DNA of 64,000 nucleotides from Chrysomallon squamiferum (lineage: Eukaryota; Animalia; Mollusca), in assembly GCA_012295275.1 (NCBI GenBank), contig CM022676.1, forward strand, positions 2,542,001-2,606,000, given 5' to 3'. The notes under the pieces are model-generated. The model did not search any database, was not told the DNA's origin, and saw only the letters and a program-made list of their open reading frames with translations. The position numbers were made by a program, and so were the translations under genes. Below are positions 24,574 to 37,100 of the stretch, piece by piece (position 1 is the stretch's first letter; each line of letters begins with the position of its first letter).

Positions 24574-27391
24574 TTTAGTAAAACCTGCATATAAAAATTG
24601 ATACAGGCTAATTCTGACAGGGATGGAAACAACAAAAACAAAGAAATGAAAAATCATTTGTACTTGCTAACAAAGGTCACATGAAAAAAGTGGAAATAAA
24701 GTTACCTGTAACAATGACACTGGCAGATCCTGACACTGAAGTGTTAAAAGAAGTTTTTGAAGTTGCTGAACACGTGTACTCTCCTTGGTCTGACTGTTGA
24801 AATGAGCAGACTTTGAAACAGAGAACTATCAGTGAGATATTTTGTACAAGTTCGCCATTCAAATACAACACTGTCTGGATTACTGTCAGCTGTACAGCGT
24901 AGTATCACAAGTTTTCCCAGTTCAACTCTGATGTGACTCTCTGATAAAATTCTTACTCTGGGTGCATCTACACAGACTGAAATACAAATATAAGTAAAAA
25001 GAATAAAAACAACAACATAATACATGCAAAGAAAAAAAATACAAGAAAAAAAAAATTAATCTAAGAGGAAACAGAAAACAGATCACATAGATTGCATTAT
25101 TTTGCAGAAAACTACTGAGGAGAAGTGGTAAAATACAGTTAACGTACATTGTTTATTTCTGTTTATTATTTATGAGGATGATATGAGCATGTCGAAAGCA
25201 ATATTCAAATATCTTCATAAATTATGTCAATATTATTCACTTATTTACTTAATGTGAAAGTCATAATGAACAAACAAAACAACCAGCAACATTTAAACAA
25301 CATAAAATATACATTCGTATGAAGAGAATTAGTCTCTGTTGTCCACTTCAATCTCTGAAGAGATTTCCAGCTGTACATTTGTACCAGCCTCCATTGTCTT
25401 CCTTTGTAGTTGTCAGAATTTAAATCCTGTATTTTGAATGTCTGTTCCATTTCTAATCCAGTAAAACTGAGCTGCTGCATTTCCTTTACCACTGTCAGGT
25501 AAAGAACAAATGAAAGAGCATCCTGTGTTTTCTAGCCATGGCTGTTTTGGATCTGATGAAAGTATTGGTTTGTTTGGAGGATCTATTTAAAAGACTCTCG
25601 TTTTAATTCAGGTATGTGAGGAATTTATCTCTTCTTTTCACTTTTTTTCTCCACATTTTCTCATATAAAGAAGGAGAGGAATATAACTAAATGTGGCTGT
25701 ATCTGTAATTGCTCTAAAATTACTATTATTGTTATTTTCTTTAGAGAGGACTGTTGAAAGTCAGACATGTAGATGTGTTTGTTTCACAGTGTATGAAAAA
25801 ATCTTAATTTTATTCAATTATTCTCATTTTAATTGTTGTAAATTAAATATTTTGTACTAGGAATAAGTATTAATATCGATAGATACATAGATACATACGT
25901 ATACATATATATATTATATATATATACACACACCATGCGTACAGACATAGAAACATACATCGATACATACATATATATATATTATTTAATTTGTGTATAT
26001 TAAATTATATTAGAGGAATAGTTATTAAGCTATAGCGAATAATCACGTTTTTACAGTTATTCAATGTTTAGTTAATTAATGTTGGAATATGGTATTAATT
26101 ACACAAAAACTAAAGAGCAGAGATTATGCAGACTCCATGGGCTGTTTAGAAGCTGTGTTAAATAATTAGTGGAATTTCCATTATTTTTATAAACAAAAAA
26201 CACTGGGATTAACTGAGAATAAACATTTAAACTGCAAAGTGAATTCAGAAAGGCTGACTGCAGTTGTTTTATCAACATCCACGTGAGAAATATATATTTT
26301 CTGTGTGCATATTAACGAGGATCTTTTGATCAGTGCGCAGTCTTGCGTCACGTTGTCTGAGGGACATGTACGCGGGACAAAGGATCACTCATGGAATGGT
26401 AATTACGTTTAAAGGTCTTTTTTTTAACATACGTTTTGATTGCTACAAGATAGCCAGGAATATTTGTATTGTTATTCTGTGGTAGTTACTTATACTTGAA
26501 CACTAAGTAAGATAACTAAAAGCTTAATTAGAAAGTTAACATAACAAACTGGGCTTAATTAGAACAGTATCTGTCAATGTTTTTGCATTTGAATTATATC
26601 GTGAGAATTTTACAATTTATTTATTTTTTGTTACCATTGATGGTTAATTTATGTGATACATTAAAAAAAATAACCCATATTCAATTCTTGTGTTGTTATT
26701 CTCTAGTGGATACGTAACAGTAATTTAGTAGCTTAAGCTTTCTCAGATCATTAATAGTTTGTCACTTGACACTCACTATTGTTTGAAAGAAAGAAAGAAA
26801 AGAAAAAATAATAAGGAAAACAAAATTGAAAAATGAAAATAAATAATTTTTCCTCTCTTGCTTAACTAATTCGGAAACGACGGATAACTATTGTAATTAT
26901 CATTTTCTTTGTTGTTACAAACTGTCATGTCATTTTGTTATATCATCTTTTTTGTTTGTCTGGAAATAACGTTATACAAAGATCCTGGTCTGTTTGTGTC
27001 ATGAATATATTGACCTTTTTTTATTATTATTTTTATTTTTATCTATTACTACATCATTCGATACAGGCTTCTTTTATTTCTTTGTTATCGAAGGAGTAAA
27101 ACATATAAATAAATAAAAATGATTTGGTTTCGATTTGGGTGGGTTTAGCTGTGTAAATATATCTTTATGTTATATGTATCAATTCTGTTAAGTCATGTAG
27201 TAAGAATAGAGAGAGATGCTATTTTAAAACGTAACAAATCAAAGTAGTCACAGAATTATCGTTAGTGAATTACACTCTAAACTCTATTGACAAAAGTTTT
27301 TATTCATACTGAATTGGGTTATTTGAAATAATTGTTATACAAAATACAGCAGTAAGTAATACTGTATGCTGGGCTTAGTCTCTTACTTTTC

Positions 27392-27591
27392 NNNNNNNNN
27401 NNNNNNNNNNNNNNNNNNNNNNNNNNNNNNNNNNNNNNNNNNNNNNNNNNNNNNNNNNNNNNNNNNNNNNNNNNNNNNNNNNNNNNNNNNNNNNNNNNNN
27501 NNNNNNNNNNNNNNNNNNNNNNNNNNNNNNNNNNNNNNNNNNNNNNNNNNNNNNNNNNNNNNNNNNNNNNNNNNNNNNNNNNNNNNNNNNN
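27392..27591. other. Assembly gap (200 N)
   Basis: Run of exactly 200 N, a fixed-size scaffolding gap. Confidence 0.99.
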
Positions 27592-28171
27592 TACGTATTG
27601 CTGAAGAATTTTTTCTATGTCAAATTCATAGAATAATAGATTAGTAATGTATTTAAATAAATTTAAACCACTAAGTTTGAAAAAAAAAAAAAAATGAAAC
27701 AATAATATTCTCAAGAGATTATTTAAAATGCAAAACATTAATAATAGAATAAGAACATTTTTCGAAATAAAATGTAAATAAAAACACAGTATTTAAGAGG
27801 AAAGTATAATTGACGGGAGTAATATGATTATATTTTCAAACACACGGATACACTCAGATAGAAAGCAGGACAGACAGACAGGCAGAGGGAGAGACTCAGC
27901 CATGCACACAATACAAATAGATTTCATTTATATTTCAAAAATAAATTATATAATGTAACGGTCTGAATGTAGATATAAATATACTGCAATATCAGTCAGA
28001 TAACATCGCATGTACATCAAGCAGCTATATTTTGATAAAGATAATCAGTTACAAATAAAAATCAACCACTCGAGAACTATAAATATATGACACCCAACAC
28101 TGCACTTATCCAAACTAAAAATCACTTATAAACCTGTTTATAAAATACTTGTATTTAGAGCTAAACAAAAA

Positions 28172-28226
28172 CAGTTGAAGTCAATGTTAAACTTGTTAAT
28201 AAAATAACAGTCATTGTTGTGGACAT
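28172..28226 (-). pseudogene. Second, donor-less copy of the signal-peptide exon
   Basis: MSTTMTVILLTSLTLTST followed by tttttg instead of a gtRag donor. Confidence 0.7.
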
Positions 28227-28397
28227 CGTTAAACAATCTAAGAACAACGTAAATGAAGAAATGTAACACTAACAGATAAAAAAGAAATCAGTTCAAAAAC
28301 CTATTTATAAAATACTTCATCGTCTCATCGACATGTCTGTGAAAGACAAGTGTTATAGTTATTAAGACATAAAAAAAAACAAATAAATAGAACTTAC

Positions 28398-28452
28398 CAG
28401 TTGAAGTCAATGTTAAACTTGTTAATAAAATAACAGTGATTACTGTGGACAT
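28398..28452 (-). CDS. Signal-peptide exon 1 of gene D (paralogue of C; remainder probably in or beyond the gap)
   Basis: ATG TCC ACA GTA ATC...: MSTVITVILLTSLTLTST G|gtaag, 55 bp, same length and phase as gene C exon 1. Confidence 0.78.
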
Positions 28453-28498
28453 GGTTAAAAAAATCTAAGAAAAACGGAAACGAAGACGTGTAACAGCG

Positions 28499-28510
28499 GG
28501 TCATGTGACC
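28499..28510. promoter_or_regulatory. GGTCATGTGACC M-box/E-box upstream of gene D
   Basis: About 47 bp upstream of the ATG; positional homologue of GGTCACGTGACC at 49230. Confidence 0.5.
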
Positions 28511-28994
28511 GGTGACATAGAGAAACTATACCCTCTGTGATTGTTGTCTCCCCTAGTCTACTGTAAAATCTAAGAAATAAAATCTGCGATTAAAGCACTG
28601 ACTTAGTTTTTTTAACTGTAAATAATCTTTATAAACTGTTGAATGGTCTGCACATATCGAGACAGTTGTTGCACACTCAACAGGAGATGTTATTGTTTTA
28701 TTTTAAATACAAGGCGCTAGTCAAGCACTGGAAGAAAGCAGATACGAAATAACATGAAAATGAAAGAGAGAATACACAAATGGAAGGGGAGAAGAAAGTA
28801 TAAGAAAGGAGAAAGAGAAGAAAACAGAATTTAGAACATATAATCTATTTATGCTTTATAAATATTATAAATAATTACTTTTGTCCACTGTTAAAGATTT
28901 TCCTGTCTAATTATAAATAACTATCTCACAATCCTTTGTAAAACATTTCACATTTAAATAGACTTTAAGATTAAATTTATAAAATAACAATGAA

Positions 28995-29070
<76 letters not shown>
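28995..29070. repeat. (AAT)n(AAAT)n microsatellite
   Basis: Direct inspection. Confidence 0.9.
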
Positions 29071-29071
<1 letters not shown>

Positions 29072-29484
29072 AGTAAATGCACTTCACAGGTACTGATAGT
29101 AAAAAAAAGATTAAAAGTAAGATTTTATTAATTCATATAAATAAAGGCTGCTTTCATTTTAGTACTTGATATATTATTTAAAATTCAGAAGCTTATAAGG
29201 GTAGAATATTACGTTAGCTAGTTGAATAATTAAAGCAGTGCGTTAATCTAATTTAAGCACGAATTAAATCTCTAATAAGATTGGCAAAGAGTTAATAAAT
29301 TAAATAGTTAATATATTCTGTTAAACAAAATAACCAACACACTGAAGAATGATAAGAACATGAAAGTGAAAATAACTGTCGACGAAGCTTTTAAAACAAT
29401 TCGTAAAATAATTCTTGAGGAAGCTTTCAAAACAATTCGTTCTTTCTTGTTTTTCTTTATTCATTGCGCTGATTTGTTGTTCTC

Positions 29485-29680
29485 TTTATTTTGTATAAGT
29501 GCAGTGTTGGGTGTCATATATTTATAGTTCTGCAGTGGTTGTTTTATATTTATAGCTGAGTATCTTTATCAGGTATCTGTGTCAGGTACATGCGATGTTA
29601 TCTGATTGATGCTGCAGAAAACTAATACACATATTCAGACGGTTACATTATATAATGTATTTTTGAAGTATATAAATACT
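29485..29680 (+). repeat. Inverted copy of the gene C/D intron-1 segment
   Basis: ataagtgcagtgttgggtgtcatatatttatagttct...gtacatgcgatgttatctga...ttcagacggttacatta is the reverse complement of ~27930-28110 and ~48605-48775. Confidence 0.85.
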
Positions 29681-30001
29681 CAGTAGTATTAAATACTCAG
29701 GCTTTCTTTCATTGAATTTGCTAGTGGGGGTATTCTTCTGTGAAAGTGTTTTTTAATTCTCATAAACTATAGGATTACTTAAGAGAGAAGACTGCAATAC
29801 AGATATATAGTAACACAATTAAAGCGCTCATCCGGATCACTCAGGGGTTTGTTCACAATAGATTAACGTTGGCTGGACGAGAGTTTCAAATGGTGTCGGT
29901 TTTCTTAAAGTAATTGTTTGAAGGGTCGTGAAAAAGCAACCAGGCAAAGCTCAGTGAAGGAAGATATGTAGGACAGACACACAGACAGAGAGTAAGTAGA
30001 C

Positions 30002-30099
30002 TTACACGAAGATGACCACGCCGACTACCACGAGTAGCATGAAACAGACTGAGTGAACAGCAGCTACGGCATCTGTGGGCTTGGAAATAGTCGGTTCAC
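30002..30099 (-). CDS. Terminal hydrophobic exon of gene E (C paralogue; tail-less or GPI-signal-like)
   Basis: ag|GT GAA CCG...: EPTISKPTDAVAAVHSVCFMLLVVVGVVIFV*. Aligns to the gene C TM (VVVGVFFVVYV) with TAC->TAA. Intron 31061-31170 is homologous to 46694-46805. Confidence 0.65.
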
Positions 30100-31169
30100 C
30101 TAATTCAATAATACATGATAATGAGGAAAGTCAACATGTTCAACGTATTAGACGCAATATGTGACTGTAAAACAAAAAGATGTACGTTGGAATTCGTGGC
30201 GAAGATTAAAATGTTCAAGTATATTGTAAAAATGATTTAGCTAAATTGCAGAAATATTGTTTTCGTTATGTTATTTTCATGGTATTGATTAAGTACTTTT
30301 ATTTAATTATAGTGATAGATTATATAGATTCAATCGCTGATAAACAGACAGAGAACTATATAGTTATATATAATATAATACATACATAGATAGACTGATA
30401 GATAGATACATGGATGGATGGATGGAGAGACAGACAGACAGACTGAGAGACACACAGACAGACAGAAGATAAAAGTCTATATTATAACGAATCTTATGTC
30501 ACAATCAAATAAATTAAACACTCATGACAATTTCAGTTTCAGTGGTATTTATTAATGATTAAGCCAATCGGTTACCTCGTCAGCATGAAATAAGACAAAA
30601 TTAAAATAAAATATTGCAAAACAGAACAGAAAAGCTATTATCAAGATTTACGATAAGTGTTAATTGTTATTTATTTATAGTCACATTATTGGACTGCGAA
30701 TTGAACTGAACCTTTTTGAGTTAAATGAATACATTTCTCAAGGGTATTTACTTGAAAAAAAATAATGTCGTTTTGATTGCATCATCTAAGTGATTTGTAT
30801 TTCATTAGATATAAACTATTTGTAAGTAAACTTAATGAATAAAAAATGTATCACAATTTCAGCGTCTCAGTATCTGTTTCACAATATAAACGACGTTCTT
30901 CGTTAGCACAATCAAATTACACTAAATGTAAAATATACTAAATGTGCTCACCCGAAACAGAAATCAGAGTCTCCTTGTTACAAACGAAATTAAACTTACT
31001 TGAATTTCAGTGGTAACTTCTACGTATGTGGTTCCTAAAACAAAAAAAACTAAATGATCAATTACGTAATCCAATAAGCAGAGTTCTACAACAAATGGCA
31101 AAACATACAGATTAACAAGTTGAAACTGGACATAGCAACGTTATTGTCGCTGCTATTTTCTTCCATTAA

Positions 31170-34100
31170 ATTGTTAATGTACTTACTTATATTATCTGTT
31201 TCTTATGTAATTTTTTATGTACTTGCTTTCTTGCTTCCTTAGGTTATTATTTACGTACTTAATTTATTTCCTACTTGGATAATTGTTAATGTACTTAGTT
31301 ACATTCTTACTTACTTAGGTAATTATTTAAGTACTTATTTGCTTTCTTGCTTACTTGGATAATTATCTACGAACTTACGTTCTTTCTTACTTTGGTAACT
31401 GTTAATGAACTTACTTATATTCTCACTTACTTAGGTAATTAGTTACGTAGATACTTGATTTCTTGATTCCATAGGTATTTGTTATAGTTCCTAGTCACAT
31501 TCTCACTTACTTAGTTAATTATTTATGTACTTACTATCTTTCTTTATTACTAAGATAATTTGTTACTAATTTAATAGTTTACGTAAATACTTTCCTAAGT
31601 AAGCAAGAAAACAAGTAAGTACGTAAATAATTACCTAAGTAAGTGAGAATGTAAGTAAGTACGTTAACATTTATCTAAGTAAGAAACGAAGTAAATAAGG
31701 ACGTAAATAATTACCTTAGTAAGCAAAAAAGGAAGTAAGAACGTAAATAAATGCCTAACGAAGAAAGAAAGATAGCAGGTACTTAAACAATTAACTAAGC
31801 AAGGAAGCAAGCACGTACGTAGATAATTACTAAAGTAAGTGAGAATGTAAGTAAAAATTATAACAAATACCTTAAGAGTCATGAAAACCAATAAGTACGT
31901 ATCTAATTATCTAATTAGAAATACCTAAGTATTTACGTACATACTTAATTTGTTTCTTACATAGATAATTGTTAATGTACTTACTTACATTCTCGCATAC
32001 TTAGTTACTTGTTTCCTTGCTTACTTAGGCCATTATTTACGTACTTACTTACTTTCCTTCTTACATAGATAATTGTTAATGTACCTACTTATATCCTCAC
32101 TTACGTATTCTCCTAGTTACTTACTTACTCTCTTCCTTGCTAACAGACCATTATTTACGTAATTATTTGCTTTCTTACTTAGAACATTATTAATGTACTA
32201 ACATTCTCACTTACTTAGGTTACTATTTACTTACTTACTCGATTCCTTTCTAACTTACGACATTATTTACGTAATTACTTACGTTCTTACTTAGATAAGG
32301 GTTAATGTACTTAGTTGCGTTCCCACTTACTTAGTTACTTGCTTCTTTGATTACATAGGTCATTATTTACGTACTTAATTACTTTCCTTCTTACTTAGAT
32401 AACTATTAATATACTTCCATACATTCTCACTTACTTAGTTATTTTCTTTCTTGCTTACTTAGGTAATTATTTACGTTCATACTTACTTTCTTTCTTACAT
32501 AGATAATTATTAATGTACCTACTTACATTCTCACTTACTTAGGTTAATATTTACATACTTACTAGCTTCCTTGATAACATAGGTCATTATTTACGTTCTT
32601 ATTTTCTTACATAGATAATTGTTAATGTAATTAATTGCATTCTCACTTCGTTACTTGCTACCTTGCTTATTTAGGACATTATTTAAATACTTAGTAACTT
32701 ACTTTCCTACTTAGATAATTGTTAATATACTTATTTACATTCTAACTTACTTAGATTATTATTTATTTACTAACTCGCTTCCTTGCTTACTTAGGCATTA
32801 TTTACGAACTTATTTACGTTTTTAGTACGATGATTGTTAATACATTTAGTTACATTGTCACATACAGAGTTACTTGGTTTCTTGTTAACTTAGGTCATTA
32901 TTTACGTACTTACTTTCTTTCTTAGATAACTGTTAATTTACTTACTTACGTTCTATCTTACTAAGTTGCTTGCATCCTTGCTTACATAGGCCATTATTTG
33001 TGTACTTACTTCCTTTCTTAATTAGATAATTGTCAATACATTTACTTACATTCTCACTTAGTTAAGTTACTATTTATTAACTTACTCGCTTCCTTGCTAA
33101 CTTAGGCCATTATTTACGTACTTACCTACTTTCTTACTTAGATAATTGCTAATGTACTTACTTATATTCTAACTAAGTTAGTTATTTGCTTCCTTGCTTA
33201 CTTAAACCATGGTTGAAGTACATACTTTATTTATTACTTAGGTAATTGTTAATGTACTTACTTACATTCTGACTTACTTAGGTTACTATTTACCTACTTA
33301 CTCCCTTCCTTGGTAACATAGGCCATTATTTACGTACTTACTTACTTTATTACTTAGATAATTGTTAATGCACTTAATTTCATTCTCAGTTACTTAATTA
33401 CTTCCTTCTTTGATTACTTGTGTGATTATTTACGTACTTAATTGCTTTCCTTCTTCCTTAGATAATTGTTAATGTACTTACTTAAATTCTCACTAACTTA
33501 GTTACTTGCTTCCTTGCTTACTTACGTCATTATTAACGTACTAACTTACTTTCCTACTTAGATAATTGTTAATATACTCTCTCACATTCTCACTTACTTA
33601 GGTTTCTATTTACTTACTTACTCGTTTCCTTTATAACATAGGTCTTTATTTACGTTCTTACATTCTTACTTACATAATTTTAAAGTGATTACTTGCATTC
33701 TCACTTCGTTACTTCCTACCTTGCTTACGTAGGACATTATTTAAATACTTACTAACTTACTTTCCTACTTAGAAAATTGTTAATATACTAATTTACATTC
33801 TATCTTACTTAGGTTATTATTTACATACTTACTCGCTTCCTTGCTAACTTAAGCATTATTTACGAACTTATTTACTTTCTTAATTAGATAATTGTTAACC
33901 TATTTACTTATACTCTCACTTACATAGGTTACTATTTACTAACCTACTCGCTTCCTTGCTAACTTAGGCCATTATTTACCTACTTACCTACTTTCTTACT
34001 TAGATAATTTCTAATGTACTTAATTACATTCTCACTTATTTATGTTACTATTTATTTACTTACTCGATTCCTTGCCAACTTAGGTCATTATTTAACTACT

Positions 34101-37100
34101 TACTAACGTTATTACTGACATAAGGGTTAATGTACTTAGTTGCGTTCCCACTTACTTAGTTACTTGCTTCTTTGATTACATAGGTCATTATTTACGTACT
34201 TAATTACTTTCCTTCTTACTTAGATAACTATTAATATACTTCCATACATTCTCACTTACTTAGTTATTTTCTTTCTTGCTTACTTAGGTAATTATTTACG
34301 TTCATACTTACTTTCTTTCTTACATAGATAATTATTAATGTACCTACTTACATTCTCACTTACTTAGGTTAATATTTACATACTTACTAGCTTCCTAACA
34401 TACTTTAATTACTAACATACTTATTTACTTTCTTTCTTACTTTCATAACTGTTAATGTCCTTACTTAATTTCTCACTTAATTAGGTTACTATTTACTTAC
34501 TCGCTTCCATGCTAACCTAGACCATTATTTACGTACTTACTTAATTTGTTACTTAGATAGTTGTTAATGTAATTACTTACATTCTCAGTTACTTAGTTAC
34601 TTGCTTCCCTGCTGACTTAGGCCATTATTTACGTACATACTGTCTTTCTTTCTTAGATTGTTATTAATGTACATTCTTGGATTCTCACTTACTTAGTCAC
34701 TTGCTTCCCTGCTGACTTAGGCCAGTATTTACGTACATACTTTCTTTCTTACTTAGATAATTATTAATGTGGATTCTTGGATTCTCACTTACTTAGTCAC
34801 TTGCTTCCTTCCTCACTTAGGCCAACATTTACGTACATACTTTCTGTGTTACTTTCTAATTACATACATTCTGATTTCCTTAGTTACTTGTTTCCCTGCT
34901 AACTTAGGTCATTATTTAAGTACTTAACTACTTTCTGACTTACATAGATAATTCCTAATTTATTTACTTACATTCTCATTTACAAAGGTTTCTCTTTGCT
35001 TACTTACTCGCTTCCTTGCTAACTTCTGTCATTATTTACGTACTTATTTACTTTCTTACTTACATAATTTCTAATGTCTTTACTTACATACACAATTGCT
35101 TAGGTTACTTTCTACTTCCTCGATTCCTTTGTAACTTAGGTTATTACTTAATAATTACGTAATTGTTTAATTAGATAATTGTTAGTGTACTTACTTACAT
35201 TCTCACTTACTTAGTTACCTGCTTCCCTGCTTACTTAGGTGATTATTTACGTACATACTTACTTTCTTTCTTCCTTAGATAATTGTTAATATAGTTACTT
35301 ATATTCTCACTTACTTAGGTTACTATTTACTTACTTACTCGCTTCCTTGCTACCTAAGGTCATACTCTACGTAGTTACTTGCATTCTTACATATATAATG
35401 GTTAATGTAATTACTTACATTCTCACTTACTTAGTTGCTTGCTTCCTTGCTTAGTTAGGCCATTATTTACGTACATACTTTGTTTCTTACTTAGATAATT
35501 AATTATGTAATTAGTTACATTCTCATTTCCTTAGTTACTAGCTCCACTGCTTACTTACATCATAATTTAAGTACTTACTTACATTCTGACATTGTTAGAT
35601 AATTGCTAATGTATTTTCTTACATTCTCACTTACTTAGGCAAGTATTTACTTACTTACTCGCTTTCTTAGGTTACTATTTACTCCCTTACTCGCTTCCTT
35701 GCTAACTAAGGTCATTATTTACGTACTTGCTTACTTTCTTACTGAGATAATTGTTGATGTACTTACTTACGTTCTCACTTACTTAGTTACTTGCTTCCTT
35801 GTTCACATAGGCCATTATTTACGTACATACTTTCTTTCTTTCTTAGATAATTATTAATGTACATTCTTGGATTCTCACTTACTTAGTTACTTGCTTCCTT
35901 GCTTACTTTGCTCATTATTTAGTTACTTCCTTACTTTCTGTCTTACTTAGATAATTGCTACTGTACTTATTTACATTCTCACTTACCATTCACTTACTTA
36001 CTCTCTAACTTGTGTCATTATTTAAGTACTTACTTAGTTTCTTACTTAGATAATTGCTATTATCTTTACTTACATACTCAATCACTGAGGTTACTATTTA
36101 CTTACTCGCTTCCTTGGTAACTTATTTCATTATTTACGCACATACTTTCTTTCGTTCATACTTAGATAATTGTTAATGTAATTATTTACATGCTCACTTA
36201 CTTAGTTACTTGAGTCCTTGCTCACTTAGGCCATTATTAAAGTACATACATATTTTGTTTCTTCCTTAGATAATTGTTAATGTAATTACTTACATTATCA
36301 CTTACTTAGTTACTTTCTTGCTTGCTTATTGAGGTCATTATTTAGGTACTTAATTACTTTCTTTCTTACTTTGATAATTGCTAATGTACTTACTTACATA
36401 CCCAATTACTAAGGTTACTATTTACTTTCTCGCTTCCTTGGTGACTTATGTCATTATATACGTACTTACGTACTTCTTACTTAGACAATTGTTAGTGTAC
36501 TTACTTACCTTCTCACTTAATTACTTCCTTCCTTGCTTACTTAGGTCATTATTTACGTACATACTTCCTTTCTTTCTTACTTGGATAATTGCTAATACAC
36601 TTACATATATTCTAACTTACTGAAGTTACTATTTACTAACTCACTCGCTTCTTTCCTACCTAAGGGCATTATATACGTACTTACTTATGTTATTACTTAG
36701 ATAATTGCTAATGTACTTACTTACATTCTCATTTCCTTAGTTACTTACTTTATTGCTTTGTAAGGTCATTATTTACGAACTTACTTTATGTCTTGGTGAC
36801 TTAGGTCATTATATACGTACTTACGTACTTTCTTACTTTGATAATTGTTTGTGTACTTACTTACATTCTCACTTATTTAGTTACCTTCTTCCCTGCTTAC
36901 ATAGGTCATTATTTACGTACATACTTACTTTCTTTCATACTTAGTTTTTGTTAATATACTTACCTATATTCTCACATTCTTATGTTACTATTTAATTACT
37001 TACTCGCTTCCTTGGCAACTAAGGTCATTTTCTACGTAGTTACTTGCATTCTTAATTAGATAATGGTTAATATACTTACTTACATTATCACTGAGTTAGG

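Larger units (their letters stand above)
22524..25582 (-). pseudogene. Gene B: Ig-Ig-FN3-TM receptor with ITAM tail (5' end not visible; disrupted)
   Basis: Exons 25582-~25313 (Ig, frameshift and stop), 24967-24706 (Ig, frameshift; LRCTADSNP...DQGEYTC), 24477-24202 (FN3), 23934-23812 (TM), ~23498-23465, ~23145-23096 (TGA), probable ~23041-22805, 22621-22524 (ITAM). Splice phases are mutually consistent. Confidence 0.82.
27600..28680 (-). repeat. Diverged duplicate of the gene C promoter, exon 1 and intron 1 (gene D 5' end)
   Basis: Colinear similarity to ~48280-49400 (tcaaattcatagaataat..., aatgtaacggtctgaatg, cagataacatcgcatgtac, cccaacactgcactta, tataccctctgtg). Confidence 0.88.

Noticed and set aside
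26280-26410. Locally GC-richer patch, possible RNA gene or exon
   Set aside because: No tRNA cloverleaf, A/B boxes or Ig-like frame recognisable by eye.
27319-27738. ORFs spanning the N run
   Set aside because: Artefacts of translating the assembly gap.
31000-31034. Possible 35-bp stalk microexon of gene E (TTYVEVTTEIQ)
   Set aside because: Good ag/gtaag sites, but the length breaks phase with the next exon; left uncalled.
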